This document shows, piece by piece, positions 17,354 through 27,411 of a DNA stretch of 43,746 nt. The translations under genes and the position numbers were made by a program. The stretch lies in sequence record PQ850621.1; one strand, 5' to 3'. Numbering within the stretch: position 1 is the first letter of the stretch; each line of letters begins with the position of its first letter. Origin of the DNA: Escherichia phage NicoleGrasset_Bas72. The notes beneath the pieces were generated by a model. That model was not told the origin of the DNA. It did no database searches and was given only the letters and a program-made list of their open reading frames with translations.

Positions 17354-18753
17354 TGAGCGACTTATATTTCCCACGTAGCCTTAAGCCGGTGGTATCGAAA
17401 GGCTACTCAATGACCAGACGCAACAACGTCTGGAGTGTAGATTTAGCCGGTGGCGGAGTGCGTCAAGGCCGTGACACGTATTATGATGTGTTCCCAATAA
17501 GCGTAACCCTGATTACATCTGCACTAGGGCGACAGGCGTTCCTGTCGTTCCTTGAGAAAGTGGACGGCGGCGCGTCAAGTTTCTGGATGGCGCATGACTT
17601 CGGCATGGGTATTGAAGATTATCAGGTAACCATCACGTCCACCATCGCGGAGTCCACCGAAGACGGCATTAACTGGACGATTACTTTCACGGCAACCGCC
17701 GAGAAATCCCCGTTCCAGGACCAAGAGAACCAGTGCCTGATTAACAATCTTCCAGATTTGTACGGTTGTTACGGGGATTGTCTGGGTAGTTTCCTGAAAA
17801 TATACGCGAACTACGAGACTACGTTCCCGCGCATCTGGAGCAATGAAGGGCCTGCCGGGCATCCACCGATTAACCTTCTGGCGTCGACTCTTGATAGCCG
17901 CATTGTTTACGACGGGCCACAGGTTTACTACATCAACCGAAATGGCAATCTTGTGCAGTCCGCCACTAATGAATGGCCTCTTACGTTTATCGATGGAGTT
18001 GCTGTTGGGCGTGTACCACCGGAAAAGGCGGCTACCAATGTGGTAGAACATTCTAACAACTTACTATCTACATCATTTTCACGTACCAGAACAACAACCA
18101 CGGCGAGTTCTTTGGCGTTATTCCAAGAAACTTATGCTGCTAAATTAACCGCAACGTCGGTATCAGGTAACCATTATATAAACCAGATGGTGGCTCCCGC
18201 ACCGGGAACAAGGTATTCTCTTAGCGCTATCATGAAAGCAGATGAGTACCAGTCGGCAGCGGTAGTCATCGGCAACCGAGCCGCTTTAGATAATTTCCAG
18301 TATGCCTATGTTGACTTAGCCTCCGGCTATTTGATATCAGGCGACACCTCAAGGTCGTTCGTAAGCAATCTTGGTGGTGGGTGGTATCACGTTTCAATGT
18401 CAGCGGACACTAACGACTCCGGCGGATTGATTTATTCGCAGATAAACATGTTGTCGCCGTCTAACTCCCTCACCTTCACAGGGGATGATGTCAGTGGGTT
18501 CAATGTGGCTCTAATTCAATCGGAGGCATCGCCATTTGCCACATCGCCAATAGTAACCGATGCGTCACCGGTAACCAGACACACGGCATCGGCAAAAGTA
18601 GCAATGAACGGCGCAACAAGCATCGACATTACCTATTCAGACGGCTCCGTGATAAACGTTCAGGCTGTTGACGGTTACGCCTCCATACCCCAAGCGGATT
18701 CGGCGTGGGGTAGTAAGTACATCACTCGTATTGATTTTAATGTGGACGGTTAA
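17353..18753 (+). CDS. minor tail protein
   Basis: 466 aa ORF; ATG overlaps tape measure stop (TAATG). Confidence 0.55.
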   Translation: MSDLYFPRSLKPVVSKGYSMTRRNNVWSVDLAGGGVRQGRDTYYDVFPISVTLITSALGRQAFLSFLEKVDGGASSFWMAHDFGMGIEDYQVTITSTIAESTEDGINWTITFTATAEKSPFQDQENQCLINNLPDLYGCYGDCLGSFLKIYANYETTFPRIWSNEGPAGHPPINLLASTLDSRIVYDGPQVYYINRNGNLVQSATNEWPLTFIDGVAVGRVPPEKAATNVVEHSNNLLSTSFSRTRTTTTASSLALFQETYAAKLTATSVSGNHYINQMVAPAPGTRYSLSAIMKADEYQSAAVVIGNRAALDNFQYAYVDLASGYLISGDTSRSFVSNLGGGWYHVSMSADTNDSGGLIYSQINMLSPSNSLTFTGDDVSGFNVALIQSEASPFATSPIVTDASPVTRHTASAKVAMNGATSIDITYSDGSVINVQAVDGYASIPQADSAWGSKYITRIDFNVDG

Positions 18754-18756
18754 TTT

Positions 18757-19272
18757 ATGAGCCAGGAATCTGTAGAAGCCGCCTATCGCCGTAAGCTGGC
18801 CTCAAATCCCGACGGCGAGATGGACTACATCACGTTGCAAATCAGCCACCCGTTGTTGTCAAAGACGTACTATCTTGTTCGTGGGCTACAGGAACTTACG
18901 GCGACACTGGAAACCGGCGAAACTATCACATTCGAACCCACCCCGATGGAGGCGTCGGGGGCCGCTAACAACAGTGATATGGACCAGACGACCACGTTTA
19001 CTTTACCGGATATCCTCAATCAACTTGATGATGAGATGGATAAAATCCCAATGGGCAATACGGAGTTGCCGAAGTTCGTATTTCGCCGTTACGTCAGCAC
19101 CGACCTGTCTTATCCGGCGGACGGCCCTGTCGTGTACGAGTTACAGGCCATCAACCAGGAGAAGGGCGAGTTCTCTGCGGATGTCGGTACACCTATGCTG
19201 AACCAACGAAGCACTGGTATACTGATGACACCTAAAGAGATACCGTTATTACGCGGCCTGTTGACTACATGA
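18757..19272 (+). CDS. minor tail protein
   Basis: 171 aa ORF in tail-tip gene block. Confidence 0.5.
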   Translation: MSQESVEAAYRRKLASNPDGEMDYITLQISHPLLSKTYYLVRGLQELTATLETGETITFEPTPMEASGAANNSDMDQTTTFTLPDILNQLDDEMDKIPMGNTELPKFVFRRYVSTDLSYPADGPVVYELQAINQEKGEFSADVGTPMLNQRSTGILMTPKEIPLLRGLLTT

Positions 19273-19634
19273 ATATTAACGACTACACGGGAATACCTTA
19301 CGACTTTCGCAAACGTAATTGCTGGCATCACGTGCGCATTGTCCGCGCGGATGCCGGGTTAGAAACCCCAGCGTTCGACGTTGCAAGCCCAACGGCGATT
19401 AACGAAGCGTTCGACGAAGGACATCGCAACACGAAGGGACTTACAAAAATTGATAAGCCTGAAAACTTCTGTGCGGTGCTTATGGGGTATCGCCGCGGCG
19501 GTCGTATCGTGTGGCACGCAGGAGTTTACTTCGACGGGATGGTGAGCCATTGCGAGCTTGCTTCCCGTCAGGTACGGCTTGACAGGCTGGCGGATCTCAG
19601 AGACACGTACACGGAGATTGAATTTTGGCGATAA
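19269..19634 (+). CDS. tail assembly protein with NlpC/P60-like Cys/His motif (lambda K-like)
   Basis: 121 aa; Cys then two His residues spaced as in NlpC/P60 peptidases (NCWHH...H...H); position before large tail-tip gene. Confidence 0.5.
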   Translation: MNINDYTGIPYDFRKRNCWHHVRIVRADAGLETPAFDVASPTAINEAFDEGHRNTKGLTKIDKPENFCAVLMGYRRGGRIVWHAGVYFDGMVSHCELASRQVRLDRLADLRDTYTEIEFWR

Positions 19635-19692
19635 TCCTGCACTACACGCGAAACGCTGATGGCGCTTTCAACCGTACAAAACACGTCGGGAT

Positions 19693-22192
19693 GCCGATGG
19701 AGTTTGTCGTTAACCGTATCCCGGACGGCGTTCCGGTACGCGTCTATCTTGGCGAGATTGGTGATGATACTGATGTTACAGACGACTTCGACGCGCTCAA
19801 AGACGAGGACGCCGTGTACCACATTATTGAGGGCGCTGGCGGCGGCATTGGCGACGCCATCGGGAGTGTATTCAGTTTCATCCTTAAGCCAATCGCCAAA
19901 TTGTTCGGGCTAAACACAGCGGCTAACGCTAATTATTCCGCTACCAACAATCAGGCTACGTCGCCTAACAACAGTCTCACCGACCGCTCAAACAAACCGC
20001 GACCTTATGAGCGTTCTTATGACATCTGCGGGACAGTGCAGACTATCCCCAATGACCTGATGCAGACGTATAAGGTGTTCAATGCCGCAGGTGCACTTAT
20101 TGAGTACGCGTATTATGACGCCGGGCGCGGGCATCTGCATATCGAAGCAGACGGTGTAACCGAGGCAGATACCAGAATCAGCGAGATAACAGGTTCGTCG
20201 GTTACGGTGTATGCGCCATACACATCACCCAATAACACCAGTACGCCGCAACTCCACATCGGGGACCCGATAGACCAGAAGTTGTACGTTACATTTAAAA
20301 ATGCCGATGTCGATGGGGCAGTTCTCCCCGCCCCCAACGATATCGCTATAGACGTGCAGGACTACACCGTCCAGCGGCAGGGAACAACCGGCGTTGTAGT
20401 AGGCGATGACGCTGGTTTCGATGAGTTTTTGGCTGTCGGAGACCTGGCATATTTCGATAACGTATACGCGGACACAACCCCAGGGTCTTTGGGTAATGAG
20501 GTTAACCTGGACGGCCGGTACACGGTTCTTTCGGTTAGTGAAACTACCCTTATTGTGGACGTCAGCACAAATCAATCAGTATGGAACCAGCTAGGGACGT
20601 CTGTGTGGTTTATAGGTGAAGAGGGTAACCATCTTATAGGCCCGGCGGACACTTACGCGGCTTCCCTCTCTGAATGGGCGTACATCACCCGCGGTACTGT
20701 CGACCGTGTTGTAGCCAATGTTGCCGCCAGCAACGGCATGTATAAATACAACGGTGACTATAACCGCGCTTCTGTGACAGTAGAACTGCAATACCAGATG
20801 GTTGATGAGTTGAAACGGCCCGTAGGTGATATATTCACCGTACAAGGAACTTTAACAGGCAGGAACACGGATTACACTGGGATAACTCTTTACGGAAGTT
20901 TACCAACTGCTTCCCGATTCCGCGCCCGTATGCGTCGTGTTTCTGACACCGATAAAGATTTTGAGGGTACTGTTAGTGACGAGGTTACTTTCACTAATCT
21001 GTACGGGCAGTCACCGGATACAACCCCGCACTACGGCAACCGCACTACCGTACACTGCGCTCGTAAACAAACGCCACGTGCCGCGGAGGTGTCCGAACCG
21101 GAACTACGCATGATTGCTACCGAGATGTGCTACAAATACTTAGGTAACGGCGTATTCGATACGGTAATGACCCCTAATACGCAGGCGGTGCAATCGCTAA
21201 TTCGACTGGCTCGCGACCCGGCGGTAGGTAATCTGGAACTGACAACGGCAAACATGGACAAGTTACTCGCCGTGCAGGAAGAAATTGAGTCATATTTCGG
21301 AAGTGAATTAGCGGGGCAGTTCTGCTACACGTTCGACGACTACGGCACCACAATGCAGGACATTGTTCAGACTATAGCTGAAGCCGTGTTCTGTACTGCG
21401 TACCGTAAAGGCGCGGATATTATGCTGCGATTCGACCGTCCGGTTGCTGGGCCTGAAATGGTGTTCACCCACCGCAGTAAGACGACCGGTACGGAGAAAT
21501 GGACGCGCACGTTCAACGATTCGACAACCTACGATAGCCTGTCGTTCTCGTACATTGACCCAGATACAAACGTACAGGAGACAATTTACATCCCGGAAGA
21601 ACTCGGTGCAAACACTGAGGAATACGAATCAAAGGGTGTGCGTAACTATCAGCAGGCGTACTGGCTGGCGTGGCGTCGCTACCAGCGCAACGCGTTAAGT
21701 AAAGTTGTCGTAGAGTTCGAAGCTACAGAAGAAGGTGCGCTCGCTACCCCCGGCGGGGTAATCAGCGTGGTTAAAGGCTCTCGCATTGCGCCGCAAGATG
21801 GTTATGTTGTTGCCGTTAATGGGCTTACGCTGACGCTGTCGCAGCCGGTTATGTTCACCCCCGGCGACGACCACTCCATCATCCTCAAGAAGCGCGATGG
21901 CTCGGTGCAGAGTATCTCCGTTATCAAAGGAAGCCACGACCGCGAAGTGATTATGCTCTCCGCACCTGAGGAGGCAATTTACACAGGGAATAGCGCGCTA
22001 AAAACTGAGTTTTCATTCGGCAACGAAGCAAGGCATAATGCTCAGAAGATAGTTGTTTCTTCAATCGACCCGGGCGACGACCGCACGGTAAAGATTACTG
22101 GATACAACTATGACGACGGATTCTATAAATACGACGGCGTCGCGCCATACGGCAGCGGTTTCTCCGACGGATTCAGCAATGGTTTTAATTAA
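19693..22192 (+). CDS. tail tip / host specificity protein (I/J-like fusion); alternative upstream start at 19625
   Basis: About 830 aa ORF; N-terminal segment with GAGGGIGDAIGSVFSFILKPIAKLF resembles tail assembly protein I-type proteins; large downstream domain. Confidence 0.55.
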
Positions 22193-22204
22193 AGAGGACT
22201 CTAT

Positions 22205-24136
22205 ATGTCAAGCGGATGCGGTGACGTTTTAAGCCTGGCGGATTTACAGACCGCCAAGAAGCACCAGATTTTTGAAGCCGAGGTTATCACAGGTAAATCC
22301 GGCGGAGTATCTACGGGTGCTGATATCGATTACGCGACAAATCAGGTTACAGGGCAGACTCAGAAGACGCTCCCGGCCGTGTTGCGTGACGCCGGGTTCA
22401 GACCTGCGCCATTCACATTCGAAACAGGTGGGACTTTGGGCGTTAACGACGCTGACCTGGCGGTGTTGTGGCCAGGGCCATCAGGCGACGGCAACTATTA
22501 TGCATGGAAAGGTGCCCTGCCAAAAACCATCCCGGCATCTTCAACCCCGGCGTCTACGGGCGGAGTAGGCCAGACCGCATGGGTTGCCGTTAGTGAAGCT
22601 GCATTGCGCCGTGATTTGGCCCTAAGCACTGGCGCAGGGCTAGTTGGTACGTCTTCGGGTCGCACAGTGCAAGGCGAGGTTGACCATTTCAAAATAGGGT
22701 ATATGACACCCGATGATTTCGGCGCGGTGGGTGATGGTGCCACCGACGACACCACGCCTTTGCAACAGGCTATTGACTATTGTTCAAGCAACGGTATCGC
22801 GTTAAGAATCCCCGCAAAATCTTATGTTTGGAATGGCGGTATTATAACTTCACCCATAACAATAATCGGTGACAGACGTCCAGATTACAATTTTAGCTCC
22901 AATTCTATGTCTAACGGGTCTGTCATAATTGGCAATTTAAGATTTTCCGCAAGCCAGGTGATTATTAAGTCACTTGGTGTGCGTAGGCCTACAGGCTCCC
23001 CCGGAGATTGTCTGGTGTTATCGACCGATAACTATGCTGGTGGGTCTTGTATTGTTCAAGATGTAGTTGCCGCGGGCCTTTCCGGTTCGGACACGTACCA
23101 CAGCGTTCTTGTTGAAGGCTACGATTCCGCGCATGTATCTCAAATAACTGGCGGTTATAATCTTTTTGGCCTCGCGATTAAGTCAAGAAACGTTGTTGCC
23201 AGAGGCGTAATAACCGTAAGCTGTGATACTGGCGTTATCATTAAATCTGATAGTGAGTTCAGCACGGCAAAAAATGTGGTGCTGGACGGGCACATTAATG
23301 TCGGTAATGGTGTTTCTAGTCAAGGTGTTTGGATTTACAGCACAACCGCACAACTTGAGCGTATTACCTGCGCAAACTTACAAAGCATCGATTCCGCTAT
23401 ACATATGCGGATTAAGTCCGAAAACGTAGCTAATGACGTGCAAATTGTTGGGGCAAATTATTCAGGATCTACTTATGCGGATGTGCTCGTCGAAGGCACT
23501 TCGGCTGGCACATTGTACAATGTTAGTTTAGATAGTATAACAGCAGTAGATAGCCAGAAATTTATGGCTGCAGGTTTCTGTGAACAACTGATGGTAACAG
23601 GATTCTATGGGTCCCTGAAACCTGGCGCTCCCGCCGATGCTGCGTTTGAGGTTAGCGCCGCCGTAGGGCTTTTTAGCGGGTCAAATATCCAACTAGTCCG
23701 TCAATACGGCAGTGACCTAATGACAATGAATCTCGGTAACAGTTATCTTAATAATAGATTATCATCTGTTAAGGCGAAAGTAATAGGAGACGGCAAACCT
23801 AGACCGGGGTATAAAGAACAGAATCTTAGCGGCGCTGCGGCTTCAATGATTGTCGGCGACAGTTTGGGTCCCTCTGGGGTTGTGTCTGTCACCGCGTTAT
23901 CCACCGGCAGTTCATTCAGCAGTATTTCTATTAATGACGACTATGGTCAGCCGGTTAAGCCAGGTTTTCTTCTAATAATCCGAAACGCATCCACTATCCC
24001 GTTCGTTATGAACCATAATCCAGGGTCTGGTGGAATCGCAAATAACAGGGCGGTGGGTAAGACCATTGCGGGCGGAGACACTATAATGTACGTTTTTGAC
24101 GGGGCGAATTGGCGTCAGACTCCATCAATAACATAA
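22205..24136 (+). CDS. tailspike with right-handed beta-helix (pectate-lyase-like) domain; candidate depolymerase
   Basis: 643 aa; motif FGAVGDGATDDTTPLQQAIDYCSSNG typical of pectate lyase superfamily beta-helix; Gly/Thr-rich N-terminal anchor region; last structural gene before terminator. Confidence 0.65.
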   Translation: MSSGCGDVLSLADLQTAKKHQIFEAEVITGKSGGVSTGADIDYATNQVTGQTQKTLPAVLRDAGFRPAPFTFETGGTLGVNDADLAVLWPGPSGDGNYYAWKGALPKTIPASSTPASTGGVGQTAWVAVSEAALRRDLALSTGAGLVGTSSGRTVQGEVDHFKIGYMTPDDFGAVGDGATDDTTPLQQAIDYCSSNGIALRIPAKSYVWNGGIITSPITIIGDRRPDYNFSSNSMSNGSVIIGNLRFSASQVIIKSLGVRRPTGSPGDCLVLSTDNYAGGSCIVQDVVAAGLSGSDTYHSVLVEGYDSAHVSQITGGYNLFGLAIKSRNVVARGVITVSCDTGVIIKSDSEFSTAKNVVLDGHINVGNGVSSQGVWIYSTTAQLERITCANLQSIDSAIHMRIKSENVANDVQIVGANYSGSTYADVLVEGTSAGTLYNVSLDSITAVDSQKFMAAGFCEQLMVTGFYGSLKPGAPADAAFEVSAAVGLFSGSNIQLVRQYGSDLMTMNLGNSYLNNRLSSVKAKVIGDGKPRPGYKEQNLSGAAASMIVGDSLGPSGVVSVTALSTGSSFSSISINDDYGQPVKPGFLLIIRNASTIPFVMNHNPGSGGIANNRAVGKTIAGGDTIMYVFDGANWRQTPSIT

Positions 24137-24137
24137 A

Positions 24138-24166
24138 ACTAAGGCCCCGTTTGGGGCCTTTTCTCT
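24138..24166. terminator. bidirectional rho-independent terminator at structural/replication module junction
   Basis: AGGCCCC gttt GGGGCCT then TTTTCT; near-identical to terminator at 12329. Confidence 0.75.
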
Positions 24167-24302
24167 ACTCTTCCGATAACTTCTCCAGCACAAACGCCAG
24201 TTGCGCATTAGCGGCATCTCTCTGCTGACGTAGTCGTAGAACCTCTTCTTCGAGTTCCTTGATACGTTTTTGCAATGCTGGAATCGGGGCTATGATGTTC
24301 AT
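24165..24302 (-). CDS. small coiled-coil peptide (45 aa), putative
   Basis: ATGA overlap with upstream gene stop; sequence MNIIAPIPALQKRIKELEEEVLRLRQQRDAANAQLAFVLEKLSEE; not in ORF track (short). Confidence 0.35.
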   Translation of the reverse strand: MNIIAPIPALQKRIKELEEEVLRLRQQRDAANAQLAFVLEKLSEE

Positions 24303-24484
24303 TTCTCACCTTCGCTTTTCTTGAAGCTGCGCTTTATGTCCGGCAGCGTGTAACATCGTGACTTTTCATATTTACCGTTCGAGCTTACTAAAACAAAGCT
24401 GTTGCCGTCTTTTGATATGTACTCGATGGTGAAAGTATTGAATGAGCGTATGCTGTATATTTCATCGCCAACATTAAGTTTCAT
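24299..24484 (-). CDS. hypothetical protein (61 aa)
   Basis: Overlaps helicase stop; co-oriented with replication operon. Confidence 0.45.
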   Translation of the reverse strand: MKLNVGDEIYSIRSFNTFTIEYISKDGNSFVLVSSNGKYEKSRCYTLPDIKRSFKKSEGEK

Positions 24485-25905
24485 TTCTTACCTCGTCTCT
24501 TCATGTAATTAAGCAACTCTTCCTGTACCGATTTTTTCTCGTCCGTACGCGCGGCAACAACCTCGTCCAGCGTGTCTTTAGCGACGATATGATAGAGGAA
24601 CACCGGGCGCTCGTGTCCCGCCTGTTTCTGGCGGACCGGGCCTATGCGCTCAACAACCTGTAAATAGTGCTCAAGGTTCCACCCTTGCGAAATAAACGCC
24701 AGATGATGTCCGCCGTCCTGTAAATTCAAACCATGACCAGCTGACGCAGGATGCACGCATAAGATCTCAATTTCACCACGGTTCCACGCTTCCATCTGCT
24801 TATTACCCTTAACTCCTTTGGCAAACGCCTGTGCCTGCGGGAATCGCTTAAGGATGCGCTCCAGTTCGTGCTTGAACTGATAAGCCACCAGTAACGGCGC
24901 ACCTTGTAGCTCCTCAACAATTGACTCGAGCGCATCCAGTTTCGTGTCGTGCACTTTCTCCCAGTCTTTGGTTGCTTCTCCGTCGTCACCCGTCACATAC
25001 ACAGCACCGGAAGCAATCTGCAAACACTTAGACGTCTTCGCTGCCGCGTTAGCCGCTTCAACTTCCCCGCTCTCCAGTTCCGCGAATAACTTTTCCTCCA
25101 TATCGATGTACGCCTGACGCGCTTTCTTCGGCAGGTCGATTTCAACAGGTACGATAACCGGCGCTTCGCATCCGAACCACTCAGCGGCGTCAATCGTGAG
25201 ACTGATGTCCTTCATCTTCTGGTGGATTTCAGTATCCGCACCCGGGCGGGCGTGGTATTCGCGCGCCATAGCAGATTTGCCTTTCTGCACCGAGTTAAAC
25301 CAGCGGTCGGTGAATGCCGTGTACGAAGAACCGAGGCGCTCGCCCGCGTCGATAAACCAGTTCTGTCCCCACAAGTCCTTGAGGCCGTTAGGCGATGGTG
25401 TACCTGTCAGGTTGATAAAACGCTTAACCTTTCCGAACGCCACTCTACTAAGCGCCTTCGCCCGCTTGCTGCCGCCTGAACGGCTGCGGAATGACTTCAG
25501 TTTCGTGCTTTCATCGGCAACGATAACGGTAAAAGGCCAGTCGTCTTTGCCGTAGTAGTCAATCAACCACTCTATTACCTCATAGTTCGTGCACACCACG
25601 TTAGCGTCCGACTCCAGCGCCGCGATGCGGCGCTTCTCTGAACCGGTCGCGTCTACGACACGCAGACATGGGAAATTCCACTTAGTTTGTTCCGCCGGCC
25701 ATGTGCCTGATGCAACGCGCAACGGGGCGAGGATTAACACGCGGTCCTCTTCTGTAAGCTGCCCGTTGCGGAACAGTCGGTTTAATGTCCACAGTACGCT
25801 GCCAGTCTTCCCGGCGCCCATGCTCGCCCAAATATTACAGCGATGGTGCCGCAACATGAACGAAGTCATTAGCTTCTGGTATTCGCGCCTTTGAAACTTA
25901 CTCAT
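24481..25905 (-). CDS. SNF2/DEAD-like helicase
   Basis: Walker A MGAGKTGS, DExx box VIVADESTKLK, helicase C-terminal region. Confidence 0.7.
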   Translation of the reverse strand: MSKFQRREYQKLMTSFMLRHHRCNIWASMGAGKTGSVLWTLNRLFRNGQLTEEDRVLILAPLRVASGTWPAEQTKWNFPCLRVVDATGSEKRRIAALESDANVVCTNYEVIEWLIDYYGKDDWPFTVIVADESTKLKSFRSRSGGSKRAKALSRVAFGKVKRFINLTGTPSPNGLKDLWGQNWFIDAGERLGSSYTAFTDRWFNSVQKGKSAMAREYHARPGADTEIHQKMKDISLTIDAAEWFGCEAPVIVPVEIDLPKKARQAYIDMEEKLFAELESGEVEAANAAAKTSKCLQIASGAVYVTGDDGEATKDWEKVHDTKLDALESIVEELQGAPLLVAYQFKHELERILKRFPQAQAFAKGVKGNKQMEAWNRGEIEILCVHPASAGHGLNLQDGGHHLAFISQGWNLEHYLQVVERIGPVRQKQAGHERPVFLYHIVAKDTLDEVVAARTDEKKSVQEELLNYMKRRGKK

Positions 25906-26692
25906 TTACGGCCCCCATGAACGCCTTTATAAATTCAGCGGCTACTTGCGGGACGATAGCATTGCCGTAACCGCGCAATCGTCCCACTCTGGCGGGTACC
26001 CCATTAGCCAGCGGGAATGTGCTGGGTTCAACTGGCCTGAATTTTCCATCCCGGCATCCGAGCCAGTCAGCATCTGACCAGAACCCGTTAGGCGGATTGG
26101 CTGTGTCAGAGATGCCTCTGTTTGCAGATTGTGGCCCCCGTTCCTGCCCTGATGGCCTGCTCCCGCCGAGTTGTTCGCACACGGTGTTGGCCAGTTGCTG
26201 CGCTCCGAAGAACAATCGATTCCTTTTGTGCGGTGCGCCGACGCTACAAGCTGGGAGTACGGCAAACCCGACGGCGTAGTCTTCTCTTTCCAGGTGAGTT
26301 TGTAAATCGCACATCCACGATTTTGCAATTGCTGCCGCAACCTGCTCCCCAAAGATGACTGGAGGGTGGCACTCGCTGATGAGGTCGAGGAGCACAGGTG
26401 CGAGGTGTCTCTGGTCGAACTGTCCGAGTTGCTTTCCTGCCGTGCTAAACGGTTGGCAAGGCGGACTTCCCGTCCATATAGGCGTATCTTCAGAAACTCC
26501 CGCAAGTCTGAGCGCGAGAGGCCAGCCGCCGATACCCGCGAAAAAATGACACTGGGTGAACCCGTCAAGGTCTTCTGGCTTAACTTCGGTAATGCTTCTT
26601 TCATCTACAACTCCAAAAGGTATGTGACCCTGTTTTATCAACTCACGCAGCCACGCGGCTGCGCCTTTATCCCATTCATTGTAATAGTTCAT
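25898..26692 (-). CDS. compact C5-cytosine DNA methyltransferase
   Basis: Motif I FFAGIGG, motif [11 protein letters not shown] (catalytic PCQ), motif VIII-like KRNRLFF, motif X-like [11 protein letters not shown]; only 264 aa, so the target recognition region is short. Confidence 0.7.
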   Translation of the reverse strand: MNYYNEWDKGAAAWLRELIKQGHIPFGVVDERSITEVKPEDLDGFTQCHFFAGIGGWPLALRLAGVSEDTPIWTGSPPCQPFSTAGKQLGQFDQRHLAPVLLDLISECHPPVIFGEQVAAAIAKSWMCDLQTHLEREDYAVGFAVLPACSVGAPHKRNRLFFGAQQLANTVCEQLGGSRPSGQERGPQSANRGISDTANPPNGFWSDADWLGCRDGKFRPVEPSTFPLANGVPARVGRLRGYGNAIVPQVAAEFIKAFMGAVNE

Positions 26693-26880
26693 TTCGCCAC
26701 CAGCACCAGCTCTTTACGCCCGAACGCCGTAACGTTACCCGTTACATCTTCGATAACCAGTTTACCGTTCGACTCGACGAACACCGTATCAACGGCAACA
26801 GGTTGACGTGTCTTAACGTTGAAAATCATGTCACCCGGTACGATGTCACGTGCTGGTTTGCGGTCGTATTCGTGTTTCAT
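26689..26880 (-). CDS. hypothetical protein (63 aa)
   Basis: AAGGAA SD; first gene downstream of promoter 26914-26942. Confidence 0.45.
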   Translation of the reverse strand: MKHEYDRKPARDIVPGDMIFNVKTRQPVAVDTVFVESNGKLVIEDVTGNVTAFGRKELVLVAK

Positions 26881-26910
26881 TTCTCAATTCCTTATATTGT
26901 TGGTGTGTGA

Positions 26911-27198
26911 TTAACTATAATAGCCCGCTATTAGGTCGTCAACCTGTTTAAACGAACCAACGACAAAAACATTTGCACCACGTTTACGCATCCGCTCGTG
27001 CTCTCGTAACTGGTGCGGGTCCGGCTTCGTGTTTTCGTCTTTCTTAACCTCGACGAACCAGATGATGCCACCAGGGAGAATTACCAGCAGGTCGGGGGCG
27101 CCGGAGCGCCCCTCATAAGACAGCTTACGAACGAGGCCACCAATGGCCTCGAATCGCTCTTTTGCGTATTTCTGCACGCGCCCCTCAGGCGTACTCAT
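26911..27198 (-). CDS. VRR-NUC domain nuclease (PD-(D/E)xK)
   Basis: 95 aa; GAPDLLVI...VEVKK pattern matches the D...E-x-K core of VRR-NUC; GAGGGG SD. Confidence 0.6.
   Translation of the reverse strand: MSTPEGRVQKYAKERFEAIGGLVRKLSYEGRSGAPDLLVILPGGIIWFVEVKKDENTKPDPHQLREHERMRKRGANVFVVGSFKQVDDLIAGYYS
26914..26942 (-). promoter_or_regulatory. sigma70-like promoter TTGACG-N17-TATAGT
   Basis: On minus strand; within the 3' end of the VRR-NUC gene; upstream of 26689-26880 and the methyltransferase. Confidence 0.5.
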
Positions 27199-27279
27199 CT
27201 ATACACCCCTCACGTTTCGTATGTTCAGTACCGCAGCGCGGACAGATTCGACAGTCTTCTTCATAAAACCAGTAGATTT

Positions 27280-27411
27280 TCATTCCAGCACCCACAGATA
27301 AATTGCGATGAACATGCCCAATATGGCAACCATCATGCCGTATTGACCCTCGTGACAGTAGACACCGGCAGCAAATCCCGCCAGTACCGCGATAATCAGT
27401 TTACTTGGCAT
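27280..27411 (-). CDS. small hydrophobic membrane peptide (43 aa), putative
   Basis: AAGGAG SD 9 nt upstream; MPSKLIIAVLAGFAAGVYCHEGQYGMMVAILGMFIAIYLWVLE; not in ORF track. Confidence 0.35.
   Translation of the reverse strand: MPSKLIIAVLAGFAAGVYCHEGQYGMMVAILGMFIAIYLWVLE

Noticed and set aside
17575-18051. 158-aa minus-strand ORF
   Set aside because: Antisense within the minor tail protein gene 17353-18753; no SD.
25942-26604. 220-aa minus-strand ORF
   Set aside because: Alternative frame inside the methyltransferase gene; the methyltransferase frame carries the recognisable catalytic motifs.
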